Source: Patescibacteria group bacterium (GTDB lineage: Bacteria; Patescibacteriota; Patescibacteriia; JAHIZJ01). Taken from it: a DNA stretch of 64,000 nucleotides. The translations under genes and the position numbers were made by a program. The notes beneath the pieces were generated by a model. It searched no databases. It was given only the letters and a program-made list of their open reading frames with translations, and was not told the DNA's origin. Position 1 is the stretch's first letter. Each line of letters opens with the position of its first letter. The stretch covers positions 179,814-243,813 of the forward strand of contig JAQTMH010000001.1 of the NCBI GenBank assembly GCA_028714495.1, read 5' to 3'. This document shows, one piece after another, positions 32,393-41,936 of this stretch.

Positions 32393-34141
32393 TTAACCTT
32401 TTGAAGTGATTAAGCGCTTGACTTGTGCGACAATTTCATCAGGGTAAAATTGAGCGCCGTTATATTTTGAAATTCGGTCAGTAACTTTTATCCCAGTCTG
32501 TCCGCGCAAAATTTCCGCGAATTGACCGGTAAAATTATTCTCAATCGCCACTATCCGGCGTTGCCCTTGTAAAGCTTTTTTCATGGTTGATTCGCTCATT
32601 GGCCAGGGCGCCGTGATATGCAAATAATTCACCTGAGGCAAATCCTTCATCGCCTCTAGCACCGGACCTTTTGTTGAACCCCAGCCGAGAAGTGTTAATC
32701 GGGCCTTTTTCGGGCCAAAAAGCTTTGGTTTCGGCAGTTCAGCAAGCAGACGACTAAGCTTTCTAAATCGTTTTTCGGCTTGTTCAGCCACTACTTTGGC
32801 GGAAAAACCCTCAATCGAATAGCCAAACTCATCATGCTCGTCGCTGTTTGCCAGATGAATTCCGCCGCGACAGCCTGGAATAGCTCTGGGTGAAATGCCC
32901 GTCTTGGTATTGAGATAGCGTTTGTATCCCTTAATCCCGGCTAAGTCCTTTTCCGTCAAAATCTCGCCGCGTTCGATTTTAAAATTATTCGCCGGTACGG
33001 CTATCGACTGGTGGCCTTCTAAAATATATTTATCAAGGAGAATGAACACCGGAATCTGGTATTTCTCGGCGAGATTGAAGGCCTGTCCGGTCAATTCATA
33101 GGCTTCGGCCGCGTCGCCAGGCGCCAAAATTACCCGGATGAATTCCCCGTGGCCGGCTTTGGTGAGATAGGCCAGATCACCCTGGGCGGTCCAGGTCGGC
33201 AAACCCGTGGCTGGACCTGGCCGCTGGCCTTCAACTATGACCAGAGGCGTTTCAGTCATCGCGGCCAGGGCTAATCCTTCGGTCATCAGCGCGAAGCCGC
33301 CGCCTGACGTGGCTGTCATGGAACGGACGCCGGCATAGGCAGCGCCGATCGCCATGTGAATGGCTGAAATCTCGTCCTCCGGCTGTATCACAAACATGCC
33401 GGATTTTTCTGCCCAGTTAATTAAGTCATGAAGTATGGGCGAGGCCGGAGTCATTGGGTAGGAGGCCAGAAATTTACAGCCGGCTGAAATTGCTCCCAGC
33501 GCCACCATGTCGCTCGCGGTCACCAGTATTTTATCTGCTGGCCGGTTTTTAACCGGACTTAGGGTAAATGGGAATTTCCCAGGCTCAAGATTTTTCCGGG
33601 CATAGTCAAAGCCGGCCTGGACTGCCTTTTGGTTCATGACCACGACTTCGCTGCCTTTATCCCTGAAAACTTCGGCAATCGTCTGCCGGACAATAGCCAG
33701 GTCATATTTCAGAAGCGCCACAGTCGCTCCGATTGCCAGCATATTCGCGGCCAAAGGCGGTATCCCAGCCTCGTCGCCTAATTTTTTCAAAGGCAGCGGA
33801 TAAGCTTTTATCCCGTCAAATCCCTTCCGGCCCGGTTTAAAAGTGTCGCTGTCATAGAGGATGACCCCGCCCGATACCACATCAGGCTGGCAGTAGTCAA
33901 AAGCCTCCTGGGTCAGGGCGATTAAAAGCTGAGTTGACCGGTAGATCGCGGTCACCGGCTTGTTTGATATGCTTAAGCGATAAGTCACCAGGCCGCCGCG
34001 GATCCGCGAGGGGTACTCGGAACTGTCAAACGTAAAAAGTCCGCCCCGGCTGCACGCCTTGGCAAAAATTAAACCGGCTACCTGTTGGCCAGCGCCGGCA
34101 ACACCTCCGATTTTCCAGGTTAGTACTTCCGTTTTTGTCAT
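32393..34141 (-). CDS. 2-oxoacid:ferredoxin oxidoreductase alpha subunit (gamma-alpha fusion)
   Basis: YPSRIRGG, YPMTPAS, EDEI, TATSGGGFALM.E, QRPGPATGLPT. Confidence 0.95.
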   Translation of the reverse strand: MTKTEVLTWKIGGVAGAGQQVAGLIFAKACSRGGLFTFDSSEYPSRIRGGLVTYRLSISNKPVTAIYRSTQLLIALTQEAFDYCQPDVVSGGVILYDSDTFKPGRKGFDGIKAYPLPLKKLGDEAGIPPLAANMLAIGATVALLKYDLAIVRQTIAEVFRDKGSEVVVMNQKAVQAGFDYARKNLEPGKFPFTLSPVKNRPADKILVTASDMVALGAISAGCKFLASYPMTPASPILHDLINWAEKSGMFVIQPEDEISAIHMAIGAAYAGVRSMTATSGGGFALMTEGLALAAMTETPLVIVEGQRPGPATGLPTWTAQGDLAYLTKAGHGEFIRVILAPGDAAEAYELTGQAFNLAEKYQIPVFILLDKYILEGHQSIAVPANNFKIERGEILTEKDLAGIKGYKRYLNTKTGISPRAIPGCRGGIHLANSDEHDEFGYSIEGFSAKVVAEQAEKRFRKLSRLLAELPKPKLFGPKKARLTLLGWGSTKGPVLEAMKDLPQVNYLHITAPWPMSESTMKKALQGQRRIVAIENNFTGQFAEILRGQTGIKVTDRISKYNGAQFYPDEIVAQVKRLITSKG

Positions 34142-34235
34142 ACTTTATACAGTTTAGCAAACTTTTTCTGATTGGTAAATCTCAAAAAAACACCCTTGAT
34201 TTTATCGGCCTATTTTGATACAATCCAGGAAGAAT

Positions 34236-34547
34236 ATGGATTTTTTCAAAGAAGTTTATCGTCTGGCGAAACAAATCTCCAGAGGCAAAGTCGCCACCTA
34301 TGGTCAAATTGCTGGCCTTATTTCAACGCCCCGGGCCGCTCGTCTGGTTGGATTTGCCCTGCGCCGCTCGCCTAACGACGTCCCTTGGCAGCGCGTGATC
34401 AATTCAAAGGGCATGATTTCAATCGAAAATCTCCATTGCCCCAAAGAATTGCAGGCCAAATTGCTTAAAAATGAAGGGGTTGAAGTTTTTAAAAGAGACG
34501 GCAATTACTTTGTTAATTTGAAAGCATACCAATGGCAACCAAAATAA
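34236..34547 (+). CDS. alkyltransferase-like protein (MGMT family, PWxRV, no catalytic Cys)
   Basis: GKVATYGQIA, AARLVG, VPWQRVINS.G, LL..EGV. Confidence 0.88.
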   Translation: MDFFKEVYRLAKQISRGKVATYGQIAGLISTPRAARLVGFALRRSPNDVPWQRVINSKGMISIENLHCPKELQAKLLKNEGVEVFKRDGNYFVNLKAYQWQPK

Positions 34548-35329
34548 ATCCAGCCAAACCGCTTAAAGTTATCAAAGCAAACGTTAATCCTCTGACAATC
34601 GCCAATCAGTATCTGTATCATGAGTTTCTAAAAATATTCTGGGATGTGGCTGACGCTCCTTTTAGAAAAAAAATTAAACGCTCAATCAACCGAATGTATC
34701 GGCGCGACGGCGCTCATAATTATTGGCTGCTGGTCGCGGCCATTTCCGAAGGCTGGAGACTTAAGTGGGTATTCCGGCTGCTGACCAACCCGGCCTATCG
34801 CTGGAATCTGGAGCTTCGAAAAATCAGCAATTTAACCATGACTGGTTTCAACCCGGCTGAAGTTGATAAACTAATTTTCAAATGCCGCCGCAATTTTTCC
34901 GAGTTCGCCGAATATTACCGAAACCATCCGGCTTTTTTCAAAAAATATATGCCGAATCTGAAGCCGCGACCAGAGCGTGACCAACATCCGGTTTTAGCTT
35001 ATTGGAATCTCCAGGAGAAACAACTGAGGCTATTTGACGGAATGCGCCGAGCCACTCTGGCTGCGATAAACAAAAAGCCTTATATCAAAGCCTACATCGG
35101 TTATCCAATCAAACAGGGCGGGCCAGCCGTGAATCTTGATAAAATTCAATTCCTGAAATTTCTCTTTGACGGCGCCCGAAGAGACGCTGGTACTGACCGG
35201 GCCTTTGTCAAAGTTGCTCGTGAAACAGTCAGGCAATACCAAAACGGCGCTCAAGCCTTCCGTCAAAGCCTCAAACCCTGGTCAGATGCGCGCACGAAAA
35301 AGTTTATCAAAGCTGTTTTAAAAAAATAA
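34532..35329 (+). CDS. hypothetical protein, possible ParB/Srx-like motif
   Basis: LFDGMRR..A....K..IKAY resembles the DGxHR core. Confidence 0.6.
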   Translation: MATKINPAKPLKVIKANVNPLTIANQYLYHEFLKIFWDVADAPFRKKIKRSINRMYRRDGAHNYWLLVAAISEGWRLKWVFRLLTNPAYRWNLELRKISNLTMTGFNPAEVDKLIFKCRRNFSEFAEYYRNHPAFFKKYMPNLKPRPERDQHPVLAYWNLQEKQLRLFDGMRRATLAAINKKPYIKAYIGYPIKQGGPAVNLDKIQFLKFLFDGARRDAGTDRAFVKVARETVRQYQNGAQAFRQSLKPWSDARTKKFIKAVLKK

Positions 35330-35331
35330 CC

Positions 35332-35709
35332 ATGCCTAAAATAAAGAAAATCTACTATAATAAGCTGATTCGAGACAAGATTCCTCAAGTGATGGAGAAA
35401 AGCGGCGCTCGATACAATGTTCACGTTATATCGCAGAAACAGTTCAAGGAGGAACTGCTCAAAAAAGTCGGGGAAGAAGCTAGCGGTCTTCTGACATCAA
35501 AAAATAAAATCGGGGTTATCCAGGAAATTGGCGACGTGATAACGGTGATTGAAGAAATTAAACGGATTTTTAAAATCACTGACCGAGAGATAAAACAAAC
35601 AATGGTTAGGGCGTTCAAACGCAAAGGTGGATTCCGGAAAAGGCTTTACCTGGTCTGGTCAGAAGACACGGGCTATCGGACAAATGAGCGTCGGAATACT
35701 AAAAAATAA
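35332..35709 (+). CDS. MazG/HisE-like nucleoside triphosphate pyrophosphohydrolase
   Basis: YNKLIRDKIP, K..EE..., E..D, KGGF..R.YL. Confidence 0.85.
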   Translation: MPKIKKIYYNKLIRDKIPQVMEKSGARYNVHVISQKQFKEELLKKVGEEASGLLTSKNKIGVIQEIGDVITVIEEIKRIFKITDREIKQTMVRAFKRKGGFRKRLYLVWSEDTGYRTNERRNTKK

Positions 35710-35714
35710 CACTC

Positions 35715-35788
35715 GCGGGTATCGTATAGTGGTAATACCACAGGTTTCCAACCTGTTGCCGGGGGTTCGATTCCCCCTACCCGCTCCA
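35715..35788 (+). tRNA. tRNA-Gly(TCC)
   Basis: GCGGGTA...CAGGT-TTCCA-ACCTG region...TACCCGCTCCA. Confidence 0.93.
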
Positions 35789-35899
35789 ACTGTCAATAAG
35801 ATTAATCTAGAACAGTTCTCCGCCCCCTAATAAAAAATCTAATAAACGGCGGATCCCCGCCAGCCGTCGGGCAGGCACCTTTGGCGGAGATGGACTTTA

Positions 35900-35936
35900 C
35901 CCCGCTGCTCGCGAGCGGCGGGGCCTACCCGCTCCA
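35900..35936 (+). pseudogene. duplicate tRNA-Gly 3' end preceded by a 24-bp palindrome
   Basis: CCCCGCTGCTCGCGAGCGGCGGGG + CCTACCCGCTCCA. Confidence 0.7.
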
Positions 35937-35981
35937 AATAATTAGATTCAATATATTTAATTCAATTCTAATTTAACATCA

Positions 35982-36410
35982 ATGGCCGACCAACCAACTA
36001 AAAAATTTAATCTCTGGCTTGGTAAAATCGAAACCAAAGAACAAGCTCTGAAAGTGATAAAAAACGTGTCTCTGGGTTTTTATTTTGTTGCAGGGTTGCA
36101 GATTCTTCTGGGTATCATTATCGGCAGTTGGGAAATCGTCGTTGACGGCGCAATTTTTGCCGTTTTCAGTTTCTTATTCAGTAAATTCAAAAATCGAACC
36201 TTGGCGATTATCTTGTTGGTTCTAAGCTGTCTGGCCCTGCTCTCGACCGGTTATAATATCGTCAGCAGCGGCCTCGGCGGTACTAATATTATTCTGGCGA
36301 TTATCATGGTTTGGGCAAGCATTAGGGCGATGCAAGCCACGGCTGTTTTATCAAAATCTAATCTTCTCACTCAAAATCCGCCGCCGCCTCCATCAACACC
36401 AATAAAATGA
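35982..36410 (+). CDS. hypothetical membrane protein
   Basis: four hydrophobic helices. Confidence 0.75.
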   Translation: MADQPTKKFNLWLGKIETKEQALKVIKNVSLGFYFVAGLQILLGIIIGSWEIVVDGAIFAVFSFLFSKFKNRTLAIILLVLSCLALLSTGYNIVSSGLGGTNIILAIIMVWASIRAMQATAVLSKSNLLTQNPPPPPSTPIK

Positions 36411-37147
36411 GCGACCAAATAATAAAGTATTGGGAGGAGCAACTCCCGGTTTTTGATAAAATTAAAGCCTTGGGTTTTAATCGTTATATCAATACTCTGC
36501 CAGATTTCAGCCGAGCGTTCATGCTCAAAGATAACTGCCTGCGTTGTATTGACGAAGGCACGCCTGGCGGGATTCGTTTGGCTGGCTCTGGAATCCTGCT
36601 GTCGGAAAACGAGGCAATAAGTGTTTTGAAAAATGCTGGAGTAGATGGAATTTACAGTCACGAGGAATGTGGGGCAGCCAAACTTTACGCCAAGGAAAAT
36701 AATCTCGATCCAAACCAAGCCGATAAATATGGCCAAGATTGGGCAAAAAAGCTGGCCAAGAAGTTTAATATAGGTTATAAAGGCTTTTTGAAAATAACCG
36801 AGATGGCCCGTCCCAGTGGATTTCATATCGCCCGAGTAGCTTATTACGACGGTACTGGAAAATTCAATCCCGATGAGGTAAAGGGCTTGCCTTCCGGTTT
36901 TGTTATCAGCCGGCGATATCTAAATCGTGAATACGCCTTAAAAGAAATGGGAATCGCGATTTCCATCGCCCTGAGTGACCATGGTTTTGGCGAGCTAATA
37001 ACTCCCGCTGAACCGTTTTTCCTGGTGCCGATTGGCGATTTAAACGATTCAAAAATGTCTCTAGAAGAGCTAACCAAAGAACTTCAACCACTGACTGAGA
37101 AATATCAAAAGAGAGTAATAATCGATGGTTTTGCGGCTACCATTTGA
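36407..37147 (+). CDS. hypothetical protein with carbonic-anhydrase-like metal motif
   Basis: CIDEG ... HEECGA matches the CxD...HxxC pattern. Confidence 0.6.
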   Translation: MSDQIIKYWEEQLPVFDKIKALGFNRYINTLPDFSRAFMLKDNCLRCIDEGTPGGIRLAGSGILLSENEAISVLKNAGVDGIYSHEECGAAKLYAKENNLDPNQADKYGQDWAKKLAKKFNIGYKGFLKITEMARPSGFHIARVAYYDGTGKFNPDEVKGLPSGFVISRRYLNREYALKEMGIAISIALSDHGFGELITPAEPFFLVPIGDLNDSKMSLEELTKELQPLTEKYQKRVIIDGFAATI

Positions 37148-37194
37148 AAATTAGAATATAAAAACAATCTTCTAATCAGAGATTGTTTTTTTAT

Positions 37195-37270
37195 TGGTGG
37201 ACCCTACCGGGCTCGAACCGGTCACCTCCGCGATGCAAACGCGGCGCTCTACCAAATGAGCTAAGGGCCC
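37195..37270 (-). tRNA. tRNA-Ala(TGC)
   Basis: cloverleaf, G3:U70, CCA. Confidence 0.96.
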
Positions 37271-37275
37271 AAATT

Positions 37276-37509
37276 CTAAGTTCCAAACATGCCTCTTAGT
37301 GAACTGAAGTCAGCAAACATAATCACACCTGCTAGAATTATCATTACTATTCCGATGAGTTGGATGAAAAAACGCGATCCGCCAAAAGTCGCGAATACTC
37401 CTCTTTCCGCTACACCGATCCGGCCATAAAAGCTTTGGATCCATTGTGGCTTAAGAGTAAAAACAAAACCGCCAGCCAAAATTAGAAATCCGATTAAAAA
37501 CTTCGTCAT
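37276..37509 (-). CDS. small membrane protein
   Basis: 77 aa, two TM, G....AE.......GGSR. Confidence 0.7.
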   Translation of the reverse strand: MTKFLIGFLILAGGFVFTLKPQWIQSFYGRIGVAERGVFATFGGSRFFIQLIGIVMIILAGVIMFADFSSLRGMFGT

Positions 37510-37529
37510 AAAAATTAAAGCTTATTTAA

Positions 37530-37604
37530 TGGTGGGCGCGGTAGGACTCGAACCTACGACTCTCTGCGTGTAGAGCAGATACTCTGCCACTGAGTTACGC
37601 GCCC
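37530..37604 (-). tRNA. tRNA-Val(TAC), C at position 33
   Basis: TCTGC-TCTACAC-GCAGA arm; CCA. Confidence 0.9.
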
Positions 37605-37633
37605 AAAATAGCAGATGTTTAAAAAATATTCTA

Positions 37634-37888
37634 AAGAGGGGGGTCCCCATTGCAGTCTAAGGAGCGAAGCGACTGTTTGCGCTGGGGCAAGGGGCATGCG
37701 CCCTAAAGGCGGGGTGGAAACAGCTTGTCTGCTTACATGCGGGGGATGCCTTTGTTCTATGTCGGGGCCTCCATCGCGGTCTAAGGAACGAGAAGTGACT
37801 GAACGCGATGGGGAGAGGGGGCGCCTTGCTAAGGGTGAAGCGAACCGGACACCTCCGGTGCGCGTAACCCGCAGCAAGTGCGAACCCG
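37634..37888. repeat. GC-rich multi-hairpin spacer with two related stem-loops
   Basis: GTCTAAGGAGCGAAGCGACTG and GTCTAAGGAACGAGAAGTGACTG, each closed by a different stem. Confidence 0.55.
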
Positions 37889-37974
37889 TGGTGCCCAGGG
37901 CGGGACTTGAACCCGCACCCTCTTGCGAGGCTAGGCCCTCAACCTAGTGTGTATACCAATTCCACCACCTGGGC
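37889..37974 (-). tRNA. tRNA-Leu(GAG)
   Basis: CTAGG-TTGAGGG-CCTAG, long variable arm, CCA. Confidence 0.95.
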
Positions 37975-38020
37975 AGGTAGATTACCTCTTTACATTATTT
38001 AAAATAACAAATATTAGTAT

Positions 38021-38236
38021 TATACCAACCCAGAACCACGAGGGGGTTCTGGGCCCCGCACCTAACATGGTGCGGGGTTCCACCACCTGGGCAGGTAGAT
38101 TAGCCCTTTACCTTATTTGAAATAACAATATCTGCAACATACCGATTTAAACCACGAAGGTTCTTGTTACCTATCATTAATATTACGAGATTCCGACAAG
38201 CCCTGAACCCAACGTGGTTCAGGGCACCACCTGGGC
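38021..38236 (-). pseudogene. two tandem relics of the tRNA-Leu 5' end, each interrupted by palindromes
   Basis: GCCCAGGTGGTG repeated at 38092 and 38236; upstream flank also duplicated. Confidence 0.8.
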
Positions 38237-38245
38237 AATAAATCT

Positions 38246-38611
38246 CTAGGTCTTGCTTTTGGCTTTTAGGGTTTTTGATGCTTCTTTGACCGGACGGGCA
38301 TATGTATTGCGAAGATAATATAACTTTGCCCGGCGCACCTGGCCCTGTTTCACGATATCAATTTTGGCGATTCGCGGAGAATGAATAGGAAATATTCTTT
38401 CTACCCCCACACCCTCGGAAATCTTTCGGACTGTAATCGTAGCGTTAAGGCCTTGGCCGCCGTGCCGCGAAATTATCACCCCTTCAAAAATCTGAATGCG
38501 TTCTTTCTCTCCCTCGGTCACTTTTTGATGCACCCGGATGGTTTGTCCAGGTTTCAAATCAGGCAAATCGGTTTTTAGCTTCGACTTTTCGTTTTCCTTA
38601 AGAAGATCCAT
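38246..38611 (-). CDS. rplS: 50S ribosomal protein L19
   Basis: [40 protein letters not shown]. Confidence 0.97.
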   Translation of the reverse strand: MDLLKENEKSKLKTDLPDLKPGQTIRVHQKVTEGEKERIQIFEGVIISRHGGQGLNATITVRKISEGVGVERIFPIHSPRIAKIDIVKQGQVRRAKLYYLRNTYARPVKEASKTLKAKSKT

Positions 38612-38668
38612 AACAAAATAATTCAAATTATTAGACTAGAATAAGTATAGTCAAAACCCCTCTATCAG

Positions 38669-39595
38669 TCAACCCTGCCTAAGCTCAGTTATTATTTCTT
38701 TGAGTTGGGGAGGAAGGTCAATAAAAAACTTCTTTTCCTGACCAGCCGGATCGACCAAGGTCAAATGGTCGGCACAGAGGAACAGGCTGGTCCAGTGCTT
38801 TAAGCGGATATAACGTTTGATTTGATAAAGATTGTCGCCAACCAGCGGATGCCCTAAGCCGTGAAAATGAGCTCGGATTTGATGGGTTCGACCGGTCAGG
38901 GTGGTTACCTTAACCAGAGTGTATTTAGAAAACCTTTCGATAACTTCATACTCAGTCTCCGCCCATTTGGCGGGTTTCGTGCCAGGGGCGGTTTCTGAAA
39001 CACTGACTATTTTGCCGTCCTTTGAACGCTGCAGAAGGAAATTAATTGTGCCGCTGTCAGGTAAGCCCGCGCCGTAAACTAAAGCGGTGTAGCTTTTTTT
39101 AACAGCGTGAGCCTGAAAAAGCTTTTTGAAATGCTCAAACGCTTCCTGGGTGAGTGCCACGATCATTAAACCCGAAACTTCCTTATCCAGTCGGTGGACA
39201 ATGCCAGGACGCAAAGGGTCGTCACCAACTTTGATGATTTGAGGATATCTTGAAACCAAACCATTAACCAGGGTTTTGCTCTTGGTCGCCTCAGAGGGAT
39301 GGACGACCAGACCGGCCGGTTTATTGATTATCAGATAGTCGGGCGACTCAAAAACCGTCTCCCAGGTAATGGCCGGGTCAGGCGTTAAATCGATTTCCGG
39401 CGGTGATAATATTTCACCCGCGACAACATCGCCGCTCCGCAATTGCTGATGGGGCGAAGCGTCTTTCCCGTTGACCGATACCTGACCAGCGATAATCTGT
39501 TTCTGAATCCAGCTCCGGCTATAGCCCGGGAGCTGCAGACGAAGATAGATATCAAGCCGTTCTCCGTTTTTTTCGACTGTATATTTTATTTCCAT
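38669..39595 (-). CDS. rluD: RluA/RluD-family pseudouridine synthase
   Basis: S4 domain, NKPAGLVVHP, GIVHRLDK, TGRTHQIR.H. Confidence 0.92.
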   Translation of the reverse strand: MEIKYTVEKNGERLDIYLRLQLPGYSRSWIQKQIIAGQVSVNGKDASPHQQLRSGDVVAGEILSPPEIDLTPDPAITWETVFESPDYLIINKPAGLVVHPSEATKSKTLVNGLVSRYPQIIKVGDDPLRPGIVHRLDKEVSGLMIVALTQEAFEHFKKLFQAHAVKKSYTALVYGAGLPDSGTINFLLQRSKDGKIVSVSETAPGTKPAKWAETEYEVIERFSKYTLVKVTTLTGRTHQIRAHFHGLGHPLVGDNLYQIKRYIRLKHWTSLFLCADHLTLVDPAGQEKKFFIDLPPQLKEIITELRQG

Positions 39596-41048
39596 ATTGA
39601 CGATCTAAAAATCCGAGGGCTTGCTTTTTAGTCCGTATCTTGCCCCGAAGCTGGGTTGCTCTCAATTGATGGATTATCTCTCCAATCAGAGGGCCAGGTT
39701 TAAGTTTTAATCGGGACATGATATCACGGCCGTTGAGCAAAATTTTCGGTTGCTTCTTTTTTTCATAACCAAGCCTTTTGATTTCCTTGGTCAGTTCCAC
39801 GGCATCGTAAAAATTCTTGAGTGAAGGCTCTCCCTCCATTGACAGACTGGCCGCCTGGTCGGCAAATATCAATTGGAGTAATTTTTGGCCCAGGGTCGGC
39901 TCGAGAAAATATTTTTCAAAGGTCGCCCGGTTAAACTTTATCGGGGAAGTGTGGGTAATGATCAAGTGGTAATGAATCAGCCAGGCCAGATGGCTTGAGT
40001 CAACTTTGCCCTGGTAACTTGAAAGGCGTAGACGTTCGGCGATATCAAAAGCCAGTTCGCCCCCTACTTGTTCGTGGCCGTAAAATGACAAGTGGTGGTT
40101 TAATCTAAGCTTCCGGGTATACGGCTTGCCGAGATCATGAAACAAAGTTGCTAAAATCAATTCTAAATCTGGCTTTACTCCTGGAAAATGCTTGTGAAAC
40201 ATCGGCGAAAATAAACGCTCCAACGCCAACCGGGTATGCGTCCAGACGTCGCCCTCAGAATGATATTCGGGTCCCTGCTGGCAATCTTTCAGATGAAGCA
40301 GCTCGGGGATCAAAGTCCGAAAAACGCCGCTTAATTCAAAAACATCAAACGCCCGCACCGCGTCAGCTTCAAAAGACTTGAGCAATTCGCGAGCGACTAT
40401 TTCCCGAGGCAGCTTTGAATTATTAAGAAACCCGATCATGGCTTTTGTTGCCTGCCAGGTTTTTGATTCAAAAGTAAACCGAAGCTGAATGGCCAGTCGC
40501 AGACCTCTCAAAATCCGCGAGTAGTCCTCTTGAAAACGTTTTTCGGTCTGTCCAACCGCCCGAATTATTCCAGCGGCTAAATCAGACAGTCCACCAGTTG
40601 GGTCAATGAGTTTTTTTCGCTTTAAATCCCAGGCCAGAGCGTTTATGGTGAAATCGCGCCTCAATAAATCTTCTTCAATCGGCATCTGATAATCAGTCTT
40701 GACCGCGAACTCGCGGTACCCGCCAGCCAGGTACAGCGAGTGTTCAGTCCGAGGTAGAGCAATATCGATCGGCTCGCCAAGAACAGAGTCTTTGGGCTGG
40801 AATTTAAATACCCCGAACGTTTTCCCTACCAGGTCAACTCGACCGAGACTTTTTAAAAATTTCTCCAGGGTGGCGGGCTTTACTCCGGAAATGACAAAGT
40901 CATAATCTTTTGAAGGCCGCCCCAAAATGATATCTCGAACCATGCCCCCAACCAGATACGCTTTGGCCTGGGGGAATTTTTTGAATAGCTTGGCGAAGTA
41001 GCCTAGGCTCGTTTCCTTGGCAATTGTTTGAGCGATATTTTCCATCAC
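39552..41048 (-). CDS. cca: CCA-adding tRNA nucleotidyltransferase (PolyA_pol + HD)
   Basis: LVGG.VRD..LGR..KDYD, DL.RRDFTINA, RF.ED..RILR, HD motif. Confidence 0.88.
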   Translation of the reverse strand: MMENIAQTIAKETSLGYFAKLFKKFPQAKAYLVGGMVRDIILGRPSKDYDFVISGVKPATLEKFLKSLGRVDLVGKTFGVFKFQPKDSVLGEPIDIALPRTEHSLYLAGGYREFAVKTDYQMPIEEDLLRRDFTINALAWDLKRKKLIDPTGGLSDLAAGIIRAVGQTEKRFQEDYSRILRGLRLAIQLRFTFESKTWQATKAMIGFLNNSKLPREIVARELLKSFEADAVRAFDVFELSGVFRTLIPELLHLKDCQQGPEYHSEGDVWTHTRLALERLFSPMFHKHFPGVKPDLELILATLFHDLGKPYTRKLRLNHHLSFYGHEQVGGELAFDIAERLRLSSYQGKVDSSHLAWLIHYHLIITHTSPIKFNRATFEKYFLEPTLGQKLLQLIFADQAASLSMEGEPSLKNFYDAVELTKEIKRLGYEKKKQPKILLNGRDIMSRLKLKPGPLIGEIIHQLRATQLRGKIRTKKQALGFLDRQYGNKIYSRKKRRTA

Positions 41049-41085
41049 CTACAATTGTACCATACTCCGAAAAGAAAAGAACCCG

Positions 41086-41637
41086 CTACCTTGGGGTGAC
41101 GGGTGCCGGCGAATGAGACAGATAATACTTAGCGGATTCTCGAGAAATGTGCAGACCCGAACAAAGGCGGGCCCTGAGCTTGACGACCTGGAAATCAGAC
41201 CTTTCCGGGTCATCAGTCAATTCGATCTCATCCCAGTGATGAGTAATCAGTCCAGCCATGGCGGCTTCTTTCACCCGATAGGCCATAAGCGCCTCTGGAC
41301 AATGAATCGGCTCATCTCCATGAAGCTTAGCCAACACATTGCCTATGGTGTTAGCCAAAACAGCGATTTCATACAGCTCCGAAGCCAAATCTAGGGCATC
41401 AATCTCTAGTTCCTTGAAGGCCTGACCGAACGGCTCTAGGTCTTCAAACGTAAGCCGTTCCTTCGTTCGCTGGAGACATTCCCTCAATAGAAGACGGCCT
41501 AGTGGTGAGACTAATAGTTCTTTGGCTCCGTGGTATCTCCTAACTAGATCATGGAAATCGTCCGGGTTCAGCTGATGGGCTGGTTTACCGAAAAAACTCC
41601 TAACCGGGGTATGCCTTCTATGCGGTTTGCGTTTCAT
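41086..41637 (-). CDS. hypothetical protein
   Basis: ATG at 41637 after AAGGAG; 183 aa. Confidence 0.65.
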   Translation of the reverse strand: MKRKPHRRHTPVRSFFGKPAHQLNPDDFHDLVRRYHGAKELLVSPLGRLLLRECLQRTKERLTFEDLEPFGQAFKELEIDALDLASELYEIAVLANTIGNVLAKLHGDEPIHCPEALMAYRVKEAAMAGLITHHWDEIELTDDPERSDFQVVKLRARLCSGLHISRESAKYYLSHSPAPVTPR

Positions 41638-41697
41638 GGCGCTTCTCCTTCTCTTCCGATGGGCTGTTCTAAAAAGAACGAGGGTTGTATGTGCTCG

Positions 41698-41884
41698 GGT
41701 GGGCGGGGTGATCTCCATCCCCCATCTTCCTGGTGCGCGTACCTGGACTTGAACCAGGGACCTCCACAATGTCAATGTGGCGCTCTAACCAACTGAGCTA
41801 TACGCGCGCACTAGGAAGATGGGGGATCAATGTGGCGCTCTAACCAACCTTGCCCCCGTGAAAACGGGGGTGAGCTAGACGCCC
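41698..41884 (-). pseudogene. outer split tRNA-Val(GAC) relic enclosing the intact tRNA-Val
   Basis: GGGCGTCTAGCTCA[22-bp insert]GTTGGTTAGAGCGCCACATTGA (41884-41827); eroded 3' part TGGAGATC..CGCCCACC. Confidence 0.75.
41731..41807 (-). tRNA. tRNA-Val(GAC)
   Basis: CCACA-TTGACAT-TGTGG; CCA. Confidence 0.95.
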
Positions 41885-41936
41885 ACCTGAACAAACAAAA
41901 TAAATTTAACGACATACATAATCACTTCTTACCTCA

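Noticed and set aside
35789-35936. Integrated prophage or island at tRNA-Gly (attL/attR)
   Set aside because: The duplicated 3' end is only about 150 bp away and no integrase is present in the window.
37634-37888. RNase P RNA, tmRNA or SRP RNA
   Set aside because: No GAGGAAAGTCC, tRNA-like tmRNA ends or SRP loop motif found on either strand.
37960-38236. CRISPR array
   Set aside because: The repeats are tRNA-Leu 5' fragments with irregular spacing and related spacers, and no cas genes are present.
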